From positions 6,042 to 70,041 of the forward strand of contig ONSX01000013.1 in assembly GCA_900320615.1 (NCBI GenBank): a stretch of 64,000 nucleotides of DNA. The letters are read 5' to 3'. This DNA comes from an uncultured Eubacteriales bacterium (GTDB lineage Bacteria > Bacillota > Clostridia > Lachnospirales > Lachnospiraceae). Positions 29,790 through 40,452 of this stretch are shown one piece after another. The notes beneath the pieces were generated by a model, which worked only from the letters and a program-made list of their open reading frames with translations, had not been told where the DNA came from and ran no database searches. Position numbers and translations under genes: made by a program. Position 1 is the stretch's first letter; every line of letters begins with the position of its first letter.

Positions 29790-32204
29790 TCAATGTCATG
29801 GATTAAGAGATATGTACCGGATCTCGATGTGACGCCGAAGGAGTACTGCGACGCTATGACGCTTTCCGGAACAAAGGTTGAGACCTGCACTTATCTCGAC
29901 AAGGATCTTGACAAGATCGTCGTCGGAAAGGTGCTCACCTGTGAGCCGCATCCGGACGCAGACCACCTTCATGTGTGCAAGGTGGATATCGGGAGCGGAG
30001 AGCCGCTGCAGATCGTCTGCGGAGCCCCGAATGTCGCGGCGGGAGAACTGGTTCCGGTCGTTCTGGCCGGCGGTCATGTTGCGGGGACACACGCAGGCGG
30101 AGGTGCCGTCGAGGGCGGTGTTGCCATCAAGAAGGGAAAGCTTCGTGGTGTTGAGTCCGACGGCATGATCTGCTCGATCGAGGAGCTCGGTTCTTCTCAT
30201 GAATTTTATCCCGAGGCGGATCCGAACGGAATTTATATCTTCCCGGAAGGAACACCGGTAGGAGCGGATGCCATCGGAGAGCTCGGTCTTCACGACGCAG
30301 TGGTTGAATATGAGATCACCTCGAACCGCGTTGACTGCTACAGTGTGATCGGCATCGCAAGAGAGGCGGCGGCGACTTTCCATAAGGAGTTCAGACCGCC
30401 TGTTGTCAGGGAGACGGGCAACAGCGAGGATGTGCACGACTACATCAGCGTCCGTGTGGAGGATCCGAAGCTCTGCCCGCGCTATACGGCGAGGGTTGTC
30501 AAACATGTGAAGCTCGGCCCGTCCCCGAAGTGGATGCAGAGGTGCCTGGCATCAAACGGCATCCGTCCGATCAATAATGTCGTTGATATCACGAATTTTA
30601 TCATGGAAGAGTACGGCCAGCCGATGCACTCCTATGATTACGATGCGATCAAGGGGCATGAGATTATTGTGAAGCGCGCGAAGAACGGCGAGAAGTTCAC
30701 GACGCTTGACGGCCAGGTAAGGGATCTCGACGACCAGATGCTTATGATCGCGGACAGGGAGCGCTACGTCGGACTTGCAGGTATTATGGGCGGCGAGGAC
30801 TCGATGATCACGGACAATGTTCACACGGTTCTCTTCGAGGCTGCAACATTTGACGGGACAAACATCCGCCTTACATCCAAGCGGATCGGCCTGCAGACGG
30901 ACGCATCCCAGAAATTTGACAAAGGACTCGATCCGAATACAGCCAGGGAGGCGATCGACCGCGCGTGCCAGCTCATGGAAGAGTTCGGGGCCGGCGAGGT
31001 CGTCGGTGGCTGTGTCGATATTTATCCGGAGGTCCGCAAGCCGTCTGAAGTCGTCTTTGAACCGGACAAAATCAATGCGATGCTCGGCACGGATATTTCC
31101 CCGGAGCAGATGATCCGTTATTTCGAGAAGGAAGAGCTGGTCTACGACAAGGAGAGAAATGTCGTCATAGCGCCGACGTTTCGCCAGGACATTCACAGAA
31201 CCTGTGATCTCGCGGAGGAAGTGGCGAGATTCTACGGCTATGCGAATATCGGAACGACACTGCCGCACGGCGCGGCGACGGCCGGCGGCATTACATTTGA
31301 CATGAGAGTGCTCGCAACGGCCCGCGACATTGCCGAGGACTGCGGGTTCTCCCAGGGCTACTGCTACAGCTTTGAGTCGCCGAAGGCGTTCGACAAGCTC
31401 CTCTTCCCGGAGAACGCGCCGGAGAGACGCGCGATTGCAATCCGCAATCCGCTCGGCCCTGATTTCTCGATCATGCGGACGACGCCGCTGAATGGCATGC
31501 TCACCTCTCTCTCGACAAACTATAATCGCCGCAACAAGGCTGTCAGGCTCTACGAGACGGGCAATGTCTATCTTGCCAAGAGCCTTCCGCTCACGGAGCT
31601 TCCGGATGAGCGCATGAAGATCACGCTCGGCATGTACGGCGACGGGGATTTCTTCGACATGAAGGGTGTCATCGAGCTGTTCTTCGAGAAGATCGGCATG
31701 ATGAAGAAGCCGGAGTACCGCGCGGATCTCGGAAGATGCTATTACCATCCGGGACGTCAGGCTGAGATTCTGTACGACGGCCAGTCTGTCGGTGAGCTCG
31801 GCGAGGTTCATCCGAAGGTCATGAAAAACTACGGTATCGGAGAACGAACCTATATCGCGATCCTTGACCTGAAGAACATACTTCCGTTTGCCACTTATGA
31901 CAGAAAGTATGTCGGCATCGCAAAGTACCCGGCAGTCACCCGGGACATCTCGATGCTCGTTCCGAAAACAGTCACAGCCGCTGAGATCGAGCACATCCTT
32001 TCACAGCGCGGAGGCAAGATCCTCGAGAGCTACCGGCTCTTTGACATCTACGAGGGAACCGGCATTGCGGACGGATATAAGTCGATGGCATACAGCCTGG
32101 TATTCCGTCACAAGGACAAGACGCTCGAGGATCAGGAGATCCAGAGTGCGATGAAGAAGATCCTGAATGGTCTTCAGGGACTCGGAATCGAACTGAGAAA
32201 GTAA
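29790..32204 (+). CDS. pheT: Phenylalanine--tRNA ligase beta subunit; own RBS and first codons apparently missing, part of one 1130-aa ORF with pheS
   Basis: SWIK.YV..., HPDADHL, IVCGAPNV, ITSNRVDC, DLAEEVARFYGY, C-terminal FDX-ACB domain (RDIS..LFDIYEG..KSMAY). Confidence 0.92.
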   Translation, partial: SMSWIKRYVPDLDVTPKEYCDAMTLSGTKVETCTYLDKDLDKIVVGKVLTCEPHPDADHLHVCKVDIGSGEPLQIVCGAPNVAAGELVPVVLAGGHVAGTHAGGGAVEGGVAIKKGKLRGVESDGMICSIEELGSSHEFYPEADPNGIYIFPEGTPVGADAIGELGLHDAVVEYEITSNRVDCYSVIGIAREAAATFHKEFRPPVVRETGNSEDVHDYISVRVEDPKLCPRYTARVVKHVKLGPSPKWMQRCLASNGIRPINNVVDITNFIMEEYGQPMHSYDYDAIKGHEIIVKRAKNGEKFTTLDGQVRDLDDQMLMIADRERYVGLAGIMGGEDSMITDNVHTVLFEAATFDGTNIRLTSKRIGLQTDASQKFDKGLDPNTAREAIDRACQLMEEFGAGEVVGGCVDIYPEVRKPSEVVFEPDKINAMLGTDISPEQMIRYFEKEELVYDKERNVVIAPTFRQDIHRTCDLAEEVARFYGYANIGTTLPHGAATAGGITFDMRVLATARDIAEDCGFSQGYCYSFESPKAFDKLLFPENAPERRAIAIRNPLGPDFSIMRTTPLNGMLTSLSTNYNRRNKAVRLYETGNVYLAKSLPLTELPDERMKITLGMYGDGDFFDMKGVIELFFEKIGMMKKPEYRADLGRCYYHPGRQAEILYDGQSVGELGEVHPKVMKNYGIGERTYIAILDLKNILPFATYDRKYVGIAKYPAVTRDISMLVPKTVTAAEIEHILSQRGGKILESYRLFDIYEGTGIADGYKSMAYSLVFRHKDKTLEDQEIQSAMKKILNGLQGLGIELRK

Positions 32205-32217
32205 TGCAAACCTTGTC

Positions 32218-32246
32218 AGGGCCATCTCGCGGGATGGCCCTTTTTT
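32218..32246 (+). terminator. Intrinsic terminator after pheT
   Basis: GGGCCATC..GATGGCCC-T6. Confidence 0.75.
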
Positions 32247-32266
32247 GCGGAATGTGTCGGAGGCCG

Positions 32267-32950
32267 ATGATGGAACTATATATATTGAGGCACGGAACAA
32301 CGGAGTGGAACGAGAAGCACTTGCTTCAAGGCAGGAGCGATATCCCTCTTGACGAGGGAGGAAGGCGTCTTGCGGCGGAGGTCGGTGAGGAGTTGTCTCG
32401 CCGCCGCATCATATTTGACCGGTGTTATTCCTCGCCTCTGAGGCGTGCCTATGAGACGGCGGAGCTTGCTCTTGGAAAGAAGAAACTGTCCGGGGAGGAT
32501 GTGGCGAAAGAGGGGAGTGCATCTATTTCGATCGAGACAGATCCCAGAATCGAAGAGATGTGCTTCGGCGACTACGAGGGGATGAACTGCTCGAAGAATA
32601 ATCCGGACACGGACCCCCGCGTGCTGGAGACACTTTCCTTTGACATTGATCACTACAAGGCGCCGAGGAACGGCGAGACCATGGAACATCTGCTCGGCAG
32701 GACCCACGAGTTCTATGAGGACGTGACCCATGACCCGGCGAATAAAGGAAAACGGATCCTCGTCTCGACACACGGGGGCGCGGGGCGCGCACTCATGCAC
32801 TCTGTCTGGGGAGGAGATTTCTGGCACGGCTGTGTGCCGCCGAACTGTTCGATCTGTATCGTGTCGATCGATGATGAGACGGGGAAGGTTAAGGATGTGA
32901 AGCAGGACGTTGTTCTCTATAAGGAGAAGGTTCTCGATTTCTATGGCTGA
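32267..32950 (+). CDS. Histidine phosphatase (phosphoglycerate mutase) family protein
   Basis: [32 protein letters not shown]. Confidence 0.92.
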   Translation: MMELYILRHGTTEWNEKHLLQGRSDIPLDEGGRRLAAEVGEELSRRRIIFDRCYSSPLRRAYETAELALGKKKLSGEDVAKEGSASISIETDPRIEEMCFGDYEGMNCSKNNPDTDPRVLETLSFDIDHYKAPRNGETMEHLLGRTHEFYEDVTHDPANKGKRILVSTHGGAGRALMHSVWGGDFWHGCVPPNCSICIVSIDDETGKVKDVKQDVVLYKEKVLDFYG

Positions 32951-32990
32951 GGAACCGCCCCGTATTTTGATGAAAGGAAATGAGATTTTC

Positions 32991-34037
32991 ATGGAGAAGA
33001 GTGATTTTTATTATGATTTACCGAAGGAGCTGATCGCGCAGGACCCGCTTGAGCAGCGCGATGCGTCGCGCCTTCTCTACATGGACCGCGTGACCGGAAG
33101 ATACGAGGACCACACGTTCCGCGATGTGACAGACTGGCTGAATCCGGGCGATACGCTTGTCATTAACGACACAAAGGTGATCCCGGCGCGTCTTCTCGGC
33201 GTCAAGGCCGGGACCGGCGCACATGTCGAGATCCTTCTGCTCCGCCGTCTCACGGACACGGAGTGGGAGACGCTTGTTCGTCCGGGCAAGAAAATGAGAC
33301 CCGGAACGCTCGTCGTTTTCGGGGAAAAAGACCCGTCGACCGGAAAGTATCCGCTTACCGCTTATGTTGAGGACATCCTCGATGAGGGCAACCGGAAGGT
33401 GCGCTTTGAATTTGACGGCGTCTTTGAGGAGATCCTCTCACAGCTTGGAGAGATGCCTCTCCCGCCGTATATTCATCACCAGCTGAAGGACAAGGATCGC
33501 TACAATACGGTCTATGCAAAATATAACGGCTCCGCGGCCGCACCGACAGCGGGACTTCATTTTACGAAAGAGCTGCTTGAGGAGATCAGGGAAAAGGGCG
33601 TCAATATCGCGCATGTGACGCTTCACGTCGGTCTCGGGACGTTCCGCCCGGTCAAGACGGAGAACATCGAAGATCATCATATGCACTCGGAATTCTACAT
33701 CGTGAGCGAAGAGACGGCGAAGCTCCTGAATGACACGAAGGCGTCCGGCCACAAAGTTATCTGCGTCGGGACGACCTCCTGCAGGACGGTTGAGTCCGCG
33801 ACAGATGAGAACGGCATTATCCATGCGGGATCGTCGTGGACGAGCATCTTCATTTATCCGGGATATCATTTCAAGATGATGGACGGTCTGATCACGAATT
33901 TCCATCTGCCGGAATCGACGCTCGTCATGCTTGTGTCCGCGTTTGCGGGACGGGAGCACATCCTGAACGCGTATAAGCATGCGGTCGAGGAGCGCTACAG
34001 ATTTTTCTCCTTTGGAGATGCGATGCTTCTGATCTGA
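32991..34037 (+). CDS. queA: S-adenosylmethionine:tRNA ribosyltransferase-isomerase
   Basis: [49 protein letters not shown]. Confidence 0.98.
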   Translation: MEKSDFYYDLPKELIAQDPLEQRDASRLLYMDRVTGRYEDHTFRDVTDWLNPGDTLVINDTKVIPARLLGVKAGTGAHVEILLLRRLTDTEWETLVRPGKKMRPGTLVVFGEKDPSTGKYPLTAYVEDILDEGNRKVRFEFDGVFEEILSQLGEMPLPPYIHHQLKDKDRYNTVYAKYNGSAAAPTAGLHFTKELLEEIREKGVNIAHVTLHVGLGTFRPVKTENIEDHHMHSEFYIVSEETAKLLNDTKASGHKVICVGTTSCRTVESATDENGIIHAGSSWTSIFIYPGYHFKMMDGLITNFHLPESTLVMLVSAFAGREHILNAYKHAVEERYRFFSFGDAMLLI

Positions 34038-34081
34038 AGGACGCGTCTATCGTCCCGGAGCGATGGTGCGAAAAAATATGC

Positions 34082-34114
34082 AAAAAAAAGAGCACTCAGG
34101 CAGTGCTCTTTTTT
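34082..34114. terminator. Bidirectional intrinsic terminator between queA and aroA
   Basis: A8-GAGCACT..AGTGCTC-T6. Confidence 0.8.
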
Positions 34115-34150
34115 GTCTTTACCGGGTGGAAAATATGCGCGCAGGAGCCG

Positions 34151-35479
34151 TCAGCTCAGGCTGTACAGGTCATGGAAGAATCCCGGATAGGAGACGCTTA
34201 CGCATTCACTGTTTGTGATGTCGACGCCGTCCCGCGCGATGAGACCTGCCACAGCGAAGGCCATCGCGAGTCGGTGGTCACCTTTCGGATCGATCTTCGC
34301 CGAGCGGAGTTTTCCGCCTGTTATAATCATGCCGTCGTCCGTCTCGGTGACTGTGATGCCCATGAGACGGAGGTCCGTGACGATCTCGTGAAGCCTGTCC
34401 GATTCTTTGACCTTGAGCTCCGCTGCGTCACGAATCGTTGTGACGCCATCCGCCGCCGCGGCCATGACTGCAATGACAGGAATTTCATCAATCAGCGTCG
34501 GAATCAGCGCGCCGCCGATCTCTGTGCCGTGAAGCTGCGAGCAGCGGACTGTAATGTCCGCGACAGGCTCGCGGCCCTCCATCCTGACATTTCCGAGTTC
34601 CATGTCTCCGCCCATCGCGCGGATGACGCGCAGGATTCCGTCGCGCGTCGTATTGATGCCCACATTTCTGAGTGTCACCTCGGAGCCGGGTACGAGAAGC
34701 GCGGCGGCGAGAAAGTAGGCGGCAGAGGAAATATCGCCCGGGACGCGGACGTCCTGGCCGAGGAGAATTGTATTCGGATAGAGAATCGTCGTCACGGCAC
34801 CTGAATCTGCCTTCTTTCTGACCTTCAGATTTCCGCCGAAGCTCTGCAGCATCAGCTCCGTGTGATTCCGGGAAAGAAAAGGCTCCGTGAAGAAGGTCGG
34901 ATCATCTGCATAGAGGCCCGCAAGAAGCACGCAGGACTTGACCTGTGCGGACGCGATCGGGCTTCTATAGTGGATGCCCTCGGGCTTTCCGCCGGTGATT
35001 GTCAGCGGCACGCAGTTATTGCCCCTGTCAGAGACGACAGAAATCCCCATTTCCCCGAGAGGCCGGATGATTCGCGCCATCGGGCGCTTCTTGAGAGAGC
35101 CGTCACCGGTCAGGTGGCTTACGAACGGCTGACCGGCGAGAATGCCGGACATAAGCCGGACCGTCGTTCCACTGTTCTTCGCATCGAGCGGAACAGATCC
35201 GGGATCCTTCAGACCGTGAAGACCGGCTCCACGGATGACAAGGACAGGTTCCCCGGGATCTGCCTCCTGAAAATGAGAGCCGTTTTCAACTTCGCGGATA
35301 TCTACTCCGAGATGGCGGAAGCAGTCGATGGTCGCCAGGCAGTCGGCGCTCTTCAGGAACCCGCGGACATAGGTACTGCCCTCGGAGATCGCACCGAGCA
35401 TAACGCTCCTGTGAGAGATGGATTTATCCCCGGGAACCGTGATAGTTCCGTGGAGAGCGGATACATTGCTGATATGCAT
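34151..35479 (-). CDS. aroA: 3-phosphoshikimate 1-carboxyvinyltransferase
   Basis: PGDKSISHR, NSGTT, ASAQVKS, PGDISSAA, KESDR, DHRLAM. Confidence 0.97.
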   Translation of the reverse strand: MHISNVSALHGTITVPGDKSISHRSVMLGAISEGSTYVRGFLKSADCLATIDCFRHLGVDIREVENGSHFQEADPGEPVLVIRGAGLHGLKDPGSVPLDAKNSGTTVRLMSGILAGQPFVSHLTGDGSLKKRPMARIIRPLGEMGISVVSDRGNNCVPLTITGGKPEGIHYRSPIASAQVKSCVLLAGLYADDPTFFTEPFLSRNHTELMLQSFGGNLKVRKKADSGAVTTILYPNTILLGQDVRVPGDISSAAYFLAAALLVPGSEVTLRNVGINTTRDGILRVIRAMGGDMELGNVRMEGREPVADITVRCSQLHGTEIGGALIPTLIDEIPVIAVMAAAADGVTTIRDAAELKVKESDRLHEIVTDLRLMGITVTETDDGMIITGGKLRSAKIDPKGDHRLAMAFAVAGLIARDGVDITNSECVSVSYPGFFHDLYSLS

Positions 35480-35499
35480 AACAGAAAGCCCCTTTCTGA

Positions 35500-36588
35500 T
35501 CAAGTCTCGTAGATGCGGTATTTCTTTTCTTTGAGGACACTGACGGCAGCCTTCTGCGCGTTCTCATTGTAAAACTCGACACCAAGCGCGCCCTGTTCAA
35601 AATCGCGGTTGTGCACGATGCCGATATTCCGGATGGAGATGTCCTTCTCTGCAAGAAGCGTTGCGACCTCGGCGATGGCACCTGCCTCATCGGCGACATC
35701 GAGATAGATCCGGTAGCTCTTCTTGATCGGGCCGGTGGACTCGTCGCTGAAGCTGTCCCGGTATTCCTTGCACGCCGTAAAATATTTGAGGAGCTTGTCT
35801 CCGTCGCTGTTTTTGATCGCAAATCGGAAATCTGTCAGCTTGCGGATGAAGCGGTCGAGCACGACACAGATATTTTCGCCATTGGCAAGGCAGATCTCCT
35901 GCCACATCTGCGGCGAGGATGAGGAGATGCGCGTGATATCCTTGAAACCGCCGGCCGCAATCTGCTTCATATACTCCTCGGGTCCGTCGAGGTCGTGAAC
36001 CATATTGACGAGAGAGGCGGAGATGACATGCGGGACGTGGCTGATCGCCGCTGTGATATAGTCGTGGTCCTCGGCGGAGAGCACAAGCGGAAGGGCACCG
36101 AGAGAGCTGATAAATGCGGAGAAAGCGCTCACCTGGCGGATCGGCATGTCCGCTCCCGGCGTCAGAATATAGTACGCATTTTCGATCATGCGGTCTGTCG
36201 CGTTAGCGTAGCCGGTCTTCTCCGATCCGGCCATCGGGTGTCCCCCGATGAACTGTTTCTCGAGGCCCATGCTTCGGACAACCTCGTGAATGTCACACTT
36301 CGTTGATCCGACGTCCGTCAGAATCGTTGTCTCGCTGATCCAGGATTTCAGTTTCTCCAGAATCCCGTGCATTGTGACGACGGGAACACACACGAAAATG
36401 TAATCACATCTCCGGAACGGCTCGCCGATTTCCGGGACAGCCAGGTCAATGGTGCCGTCCGCGAGCGCTGCGTCAAGCACGGATTTTGTGCGGTTGTAAG
36501 CGATAATTGTGATGTCCGGATGCGTCCGGCGGGCCGTCTTTGCGATGGACCCTCCGATTAGTCCGAGACCGATAAAACCGATGACCAT
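35500..36588 (-). CDS. tyrA: Prephenate dehydrogenase with C-terminal ACT domain
   Basis: GLGLIGGS, TDVGSTK, GGHPMAGSE, ISHVPH, GFKDITRI. Confidence 0.95.
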   Translation of the reverse strand: MVIGFIGLGLIGGSIAKTARRTHPDITIIAYNRTKSVLDAALADGTIDLAVPEIGEPFRRCDYIFVCVPVVTMHGILEKLKSWISETTILTDVGSTKCDIHEVVRSMGLEKQFIGGHPMAGSEKTGYANATDRMIENAYYILTPGADMPIRQVSAFSAFISSLGALPLVLSAEDHDYITAAISHVPHVISASLVNMVHDLDGPEEYMKQIAAGGFKDITRISSSSPQMWQEICLANGENICVVLDRFIRKLTDFRFAIKNSDGDKLLKYFTACKEYRDSFSDESTGPIKKSYRIYLDVADEAGAIAEVATLLAEKDISIRNIGIVHNRDFEQGALGVEFYNENAQKAAVSVLKEKKYRIYET

Positions 36589-36639
36589 AAGTATGCTCCT
36601 TTAAGCGTTTGTCTATATATAATAGCACAGGATCCGTCT

Positions 36640-36668
36640 TTGCGAAAGTATGCCTGCTATGATATACT
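36640..36668 (+). promoter_or_regulatory. SigA-type promoter of the flavodiiron gene
   Basis: TTGCGA-17 bp-TATACT with a TG extension. Confidence 0.55.
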
Positions 36669-36708
36669 GAGCGCAGGAAAACGGCACTTATTTAAGGAGG
36701 CTAAACGA

Positions 36709-38499
36709 ATGAGAATTACAGATGACATCAAGTATGTCGGCGTCAACGATCATCAGATCGATCTGTTTGAAGGCCAGTACAGAGTTCCAAACGGCATGGC
36801 TTATAACTCGTATGTGGTCCTTGATGAGAAAATCGCAGTTTTCGATACAGTTGATCAGCATTTTGCAACAGAGTGGCTCGCTAATCTCGAGAAGGTCCTC
36901 GGCGATAGAAAACCGGACTATCTGATTGTCCAGCACATGGAGCCGGATCATTCCGCCAACATCAAGGTCTTCACGGAGAAGTATCCGGACGCGACGGTTG
37001 TCGGAAATGCAAAGACCTTCGCGATGATGGACCAGTTCTTCGATCTGGATCCGTCACTTAAGAGAAAGGAAGTCAGGAACAACGAGACTCTTTCCCTTGG
37101 AAAACATGTCCTCACCTTTGTCTTCGCGCCAATGGTTCACTGGCCGGAAGTCATGGTCACCTACGACAGCACGGACAAGGTCCTGTTCTCGGCAGACGCG
37201 TTCGGAAAATTCGGCGCCAACGACGTCCAGGAGCCGTGGGACGATGAAGCGAGACGCTACTACATCGGCATCGTCGGAAAATACGGCGCGCAGGTTCAGC
37301 GGCTTTTGAAGATCGCAAAAACTTTGGACATTCAGACGATCTGTTCCCTTCACGGCCCCGTCCTCGTCGAGAACCTGGGTCATTACATTGATCTTTACGA
37401 TACCTGGTCCTCCTACACGCCGGAGACAGACGGCATCTGTGTCGCCTATACATCTGTATACGGGCACACGAAAGCTGCGGTTGAGAAATTCGTAAAGAGT
37501 CTGCACGACAAGGGCTGCCCGAACGTCGCAGTCTACGATCTTGCGCGCGACGATATGTCTCAGGCGGTCGCAGATGCGTTCCGGTACAGCAGACTTGTCC
37601 TTGCGACGACGACCTACAACGCTGATATTTATCCGTTCATGCGCGACTTCATCGACCGCCTGACGGAGAGAGGATTCCAGAAGCGAACGGTCGGCATCAT
37701 CGAGAACGGCACATGGGCGCCGCAGGTCATAAAGATTATCAGGGGACTCTTTGCAAAGAGCCGAGACATTGATTTCGCGGAGAATGAAGTGACGATCCGC
37801 TCTGCGCTCAAGGAGGACTCTGCCGAAAAGCTCGAGGCCCTCGCCAATGAGCTCTGCCAGGATTACATCGCCCGTTCCAGCGAAAAGGCGGACAAGAACG
37901 ACCTGAAGGCTCTTTTCAAGATCGGCTACGGTCTCTACGTCGTCACCTGCAACGACGGCAGGAAGGACAACGGCCTCATCGTAAACACGGTCACACAGCT
38001 CACCAGTAGCCCGAACCGCATCGCAGTCGGCATCAACAAGCAGAACTACTCGCACGATGTGATCAAGAAGACAGGTATTCTGAACGTCAACTGCCTGTCT
38101 GTCGATGCTCCGTTCTCCGTCTTCCAGCACTTCGGGTTCCAGAGCGGAAAAAATGTCGACAAGTTCGCTGACTTTGAGTGCCTGCACTCGGACAACGGCC
38201 TTCCGTTCCTGACGCATTATATCAACGCGTTCATGTCCCTCAAGGTCGAGCAGTATCTCGATCTCGGGACACACGGCATGTTTATCTGCTCCGTCACGGA
38301 GGCGCGCGTCATGTCCGATAAGGACACTATGACATACACGTACTACCAGAAGAACGTGAAGCCAAAGCCGGAGACAAAGGGAAAGAAGGGATGGGTCTGC
38401 AAGGTTTGCGGCTATGTCTATGAAGGCGAGACGCTTCCGGAAGATTTCATCTGCCCGCTCTGCAAGCACGGCGCGGTCGATTTCGAACCGATCAGGTAA
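36709..38499 (+). CDS. Multidomain flavodiiron protein (MBL-fold diiron + flavodoxin + flavin reductase + rubredoxin)
   Basis: HMEPDHS, PMVHWPE, SADAFG; YTSVYGHT flavodoxin; IGYGLYVVT..GTHGMF flavin reductase; CKVCGY..CPLC rubredoxin. Confidence 0.92.
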   Translation: MRITDDIKYVGVNDHQIDLFEGQYRVPNGMAYNSYVVLDEKIAVFDTVDQHFATEWLANLEKVLGDRKPDYLIVQHMEPDHSANIKVFTEKYPDATVVGNAKTFAMMDQFFDLDPSLKRKEVRNNETLSLGKHVLTFVFAPMVHWPEVMVTYDSTDKVLFSADAFGKFGANDVQEPWDDEARRYYIGIVGKYGAQVQRLLKIAKTLDIQTICSLHGPVLVENLGHYIDLYDTWSSYTPETDGICVAYTSVYGHTKAAVEKFVKSLHDKGCPNVAVYDLARDDMSQAVADAFRYSRLVLATTTYNADIYPFMRDFIDRLTERGFQKRTVGIIENGTWAPQVIKIIRGLFAKSRDIDFAENEVTIRSALKEDSAEKLEALANELCQDYIARSSEKADKNDLKALFKIGYGLYVVTCNDGRKDNGLIVNTVTQLTSSPNRIAVGINKQNYSHDVIKKTGILNVNCLSVDAPFSVFQHFGFQSGKNVDKFADFECLHSDNGLPFLTHYINAFMSLKVEQYLDLGTHGMFICSVTEARVMSDKDTMTYTYYQKNVKPKPETKGKKGWVCKVCGYVYEGETLPEDFICPLCKHGAVDFEPIR

Positions 38500-38522
38500 C
38501 AAAAAACAAATGGCACGCAACC

Positions 38523-38557
38523 AGAGAGGGGGCCCGTATGTGCGGAGCCCCCTCTTT
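38523..38557. terminator. Terminator hairpin between convergent genes
   Basis: AGAGGGGGC..GCCCCCTCT. Confidence 0.65.
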
Positions 38558-40388
38558 ATTCTTCAGCCGACAGCTTCTCGACCAGATCTTCCAGTTCCAA
38601 ATAGCGCTCCATGCGCTCATCGAGCCTTGCGTCTGTCTCTTCTTTCTCCTTTGTGAGCTCAGTCAGCTTTCCGTAATCGGTGGCGCACGAGAGCATTTCA
38701 CTAGCCAGCTCTTCGGACCGCGCCGTCAGCTGATTGATCTCGTCCTCAATGGTGTCATATTCCCGCTGCTCCTTGTAGGAGAGTTTCTGGCGGTGCTGCC
38801 CGCGCCCGGAGGAGGCGGATGTTTCTGAAACAGGGGCGCGCTTCCCGGAGGCTGCGCCTTTTTCGCCCGGCAGGGCGGAGCCGAAGAGCAGATCCTTTCC
38901 GTTTGCCATGCAGTGCTCGCGGTACTCCGCGTACCCGCCTTCACTCTGCCAGAGGGTTCCGTCTTCCTGGAAGGCGAAAATTCTCGTCACAACGCGGTCC
39001 AGAAAATACCGGTCGTGGGAGACGACGATGACGATGCCGGCGAAGTGGTCGAGATAGTCCTCGAGCACCTGGAGCGCCTGAATATCGAGGTCGTTCGTCG
39101 GCTCATCGAGGATCAGGACATTCGGGGCACCCATCAGAACCTTGAGAAGGCTGAGCCGGCGTCTCTCTCCGCCGGAGAGTTTCCCGATGAGAGAGTACTG
39201 CATATCCTGGTCGAAGAGAAAACGTTCGCACATGACGGATGCCGATGTCAGCCCGTCCTCTGTGCGGATGTATTCCGCTGTGTCCCGGATGAAGTCGATG
39301 ACGCGAGCCTCGTCGTCGAGGGCCTCATTTTCCTGACCGAAATACCCGATGTTTACGGTCTGACCAATCTCGACCGTGCCTTTGTCGGGCTTTACAAGAC
39401 CAGTGATACATTTGAGAAGGGTCGACTTTCCGCAGCCGTTTGGGCCGATGATGCCGATGCGGTCGGTCTTCAGGAACCGGTAGGTAAAATCCCGGAAGAG
39501 GAGATGATCGCCGTAGGACTTGCTGATTCCCTCGAGCTCAATCGTCTTATTTCCGAGGCGGGACTGAAGGGAGTTCAGCTCCATCTGGCGCTCCTCGACG
39601 ATTTTATCCCTGTTTTTCAGGTCCTCAAACCGCTGAATATGCGCCTTCTGTTTCGTCCGGCGAGCCTGCGCGCCGCGCATCATCCATTTGAGATCCTGGC
39701 GGTAGAGCGCGGCCATCTTCCGCTCGGCTGCCTTCGCATAGTCGAGGCGCTGCGCCTTCATGTCCAGATAGACGGAAAATCCGCCCTTGTAGCGATACGC
39801 GCATCCCCTGTCGAGCTCGATGGTCTGGTCTGTCACCCGGTCGAGAAAATACCGGTCATGTGTGACCATGAGGAGAGCTGCACGCATATGGATGAGACGG
39901 GTCTCGAGCCATTCGATCATGCGGCTGTCCAGGTGGTTTGTCGGCTCATCGAGAATGAGGAGATCACACGGCGTGAGCAGAGCCGCGACGAGCGCAGCCC
40001 GCTTCTTCTGCCCGCCGGAGAGTGTGTCGGGCGACGCGTCCGGGTCGGGGATGCCGAAGTCGGTGAGGCGTGCCCTGGCCTCGCCGGTTGTGTCCCAGTG
40101 ATCGGCCTTTCCGTGAATCGCCTTCTCGACATTAGCAAGGACGGACATTGACCCGTCGAAGACGGGGTTCTGCGGAAGATAGGAGATGCGGACATCTCTT
40201 CCTTTCACGACCTGGCCGCTGTCCGGCGTGAGGGCGCCGGCGGCGATCGCGAGCAGAGTCGATTTTCCTGTCCCGTTGATGCCGACAACTCCGATCTTGT
40301 CTGTGTCGTCGATCCCGAAAGTCACATCTTTAAGGACGGGTCTTGAGACGAAAGTTTTTGCTATATGTTCAAAATTGAGAAGATTCAA
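38556..40388 (-). CDS. ABC-F family ATPase (Uup/YfmR-like)
   Basis: Two ABC cassettes (GINGTGKS/LSGGQ/DEPTNHLD; GPNGCGKS/LSGGE/DEPTNDLD), no TM segments, C-terminal KLSYKEQRE coiled coil; probable TTG start. Confidence 0.92.
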   Translation of the reverse strand: MNLLNFEHIAKTFVSRPVLKDVTFGIDDTDKIGVVGINGTGKSTLLAIAAGALTPDSGQVVKGRDVRISYLPQNPVFDGSMSVLANVEKAIHGKADHWDTTGEARARLTDFGIPDPDASPDTLSGGQKKRAALVAALLTPCDLLILDEPTNHLDSRMIEWLETRLIHMRAALLMVTHDRYFLDRVTDQTIELDRGCAYRYKGGFSVYLDMKAQRLDYAKAAERKMAALYRQDLKWMMRGAQARRTKQKAHIQRFEDLKNRDKIVEERQMELNSLQSRLGNKTIELEGISKSYGDHLLFRDFTYRFLKTDRIGIIGPNGCGKSTLLKCITGLVKPDKGTVEIGQTVNIGYFGQENEALDDEARVIDFIRDTAEYIRTEDGLTSASVMCERFLFDQDMQYSLIGKLSGGERRRLSLLKVLMGAPNVLILDEPTNDLDIQALQVLEDYLDHFAGIVIVVSHDRYFLDRVVTRIFAFQEDGTLWQSEGGYAEYREHCMANGKDLLFGSALPGEKGAASGKRAPVSETSASSGRGQHRQKLSYKEQREYDTIEDEINQLTARSEELASEMLSCATDYGKLTELTKEKEETDARLDERMERYLELEDLVEKLSAEE

Positions 40389-40452
40389 TGTAGATCCCCC
40401 TGTGGATTGCCGCGCGGCATGACCCGCTGCGCTCTCTGTACGGATAAAGTAT

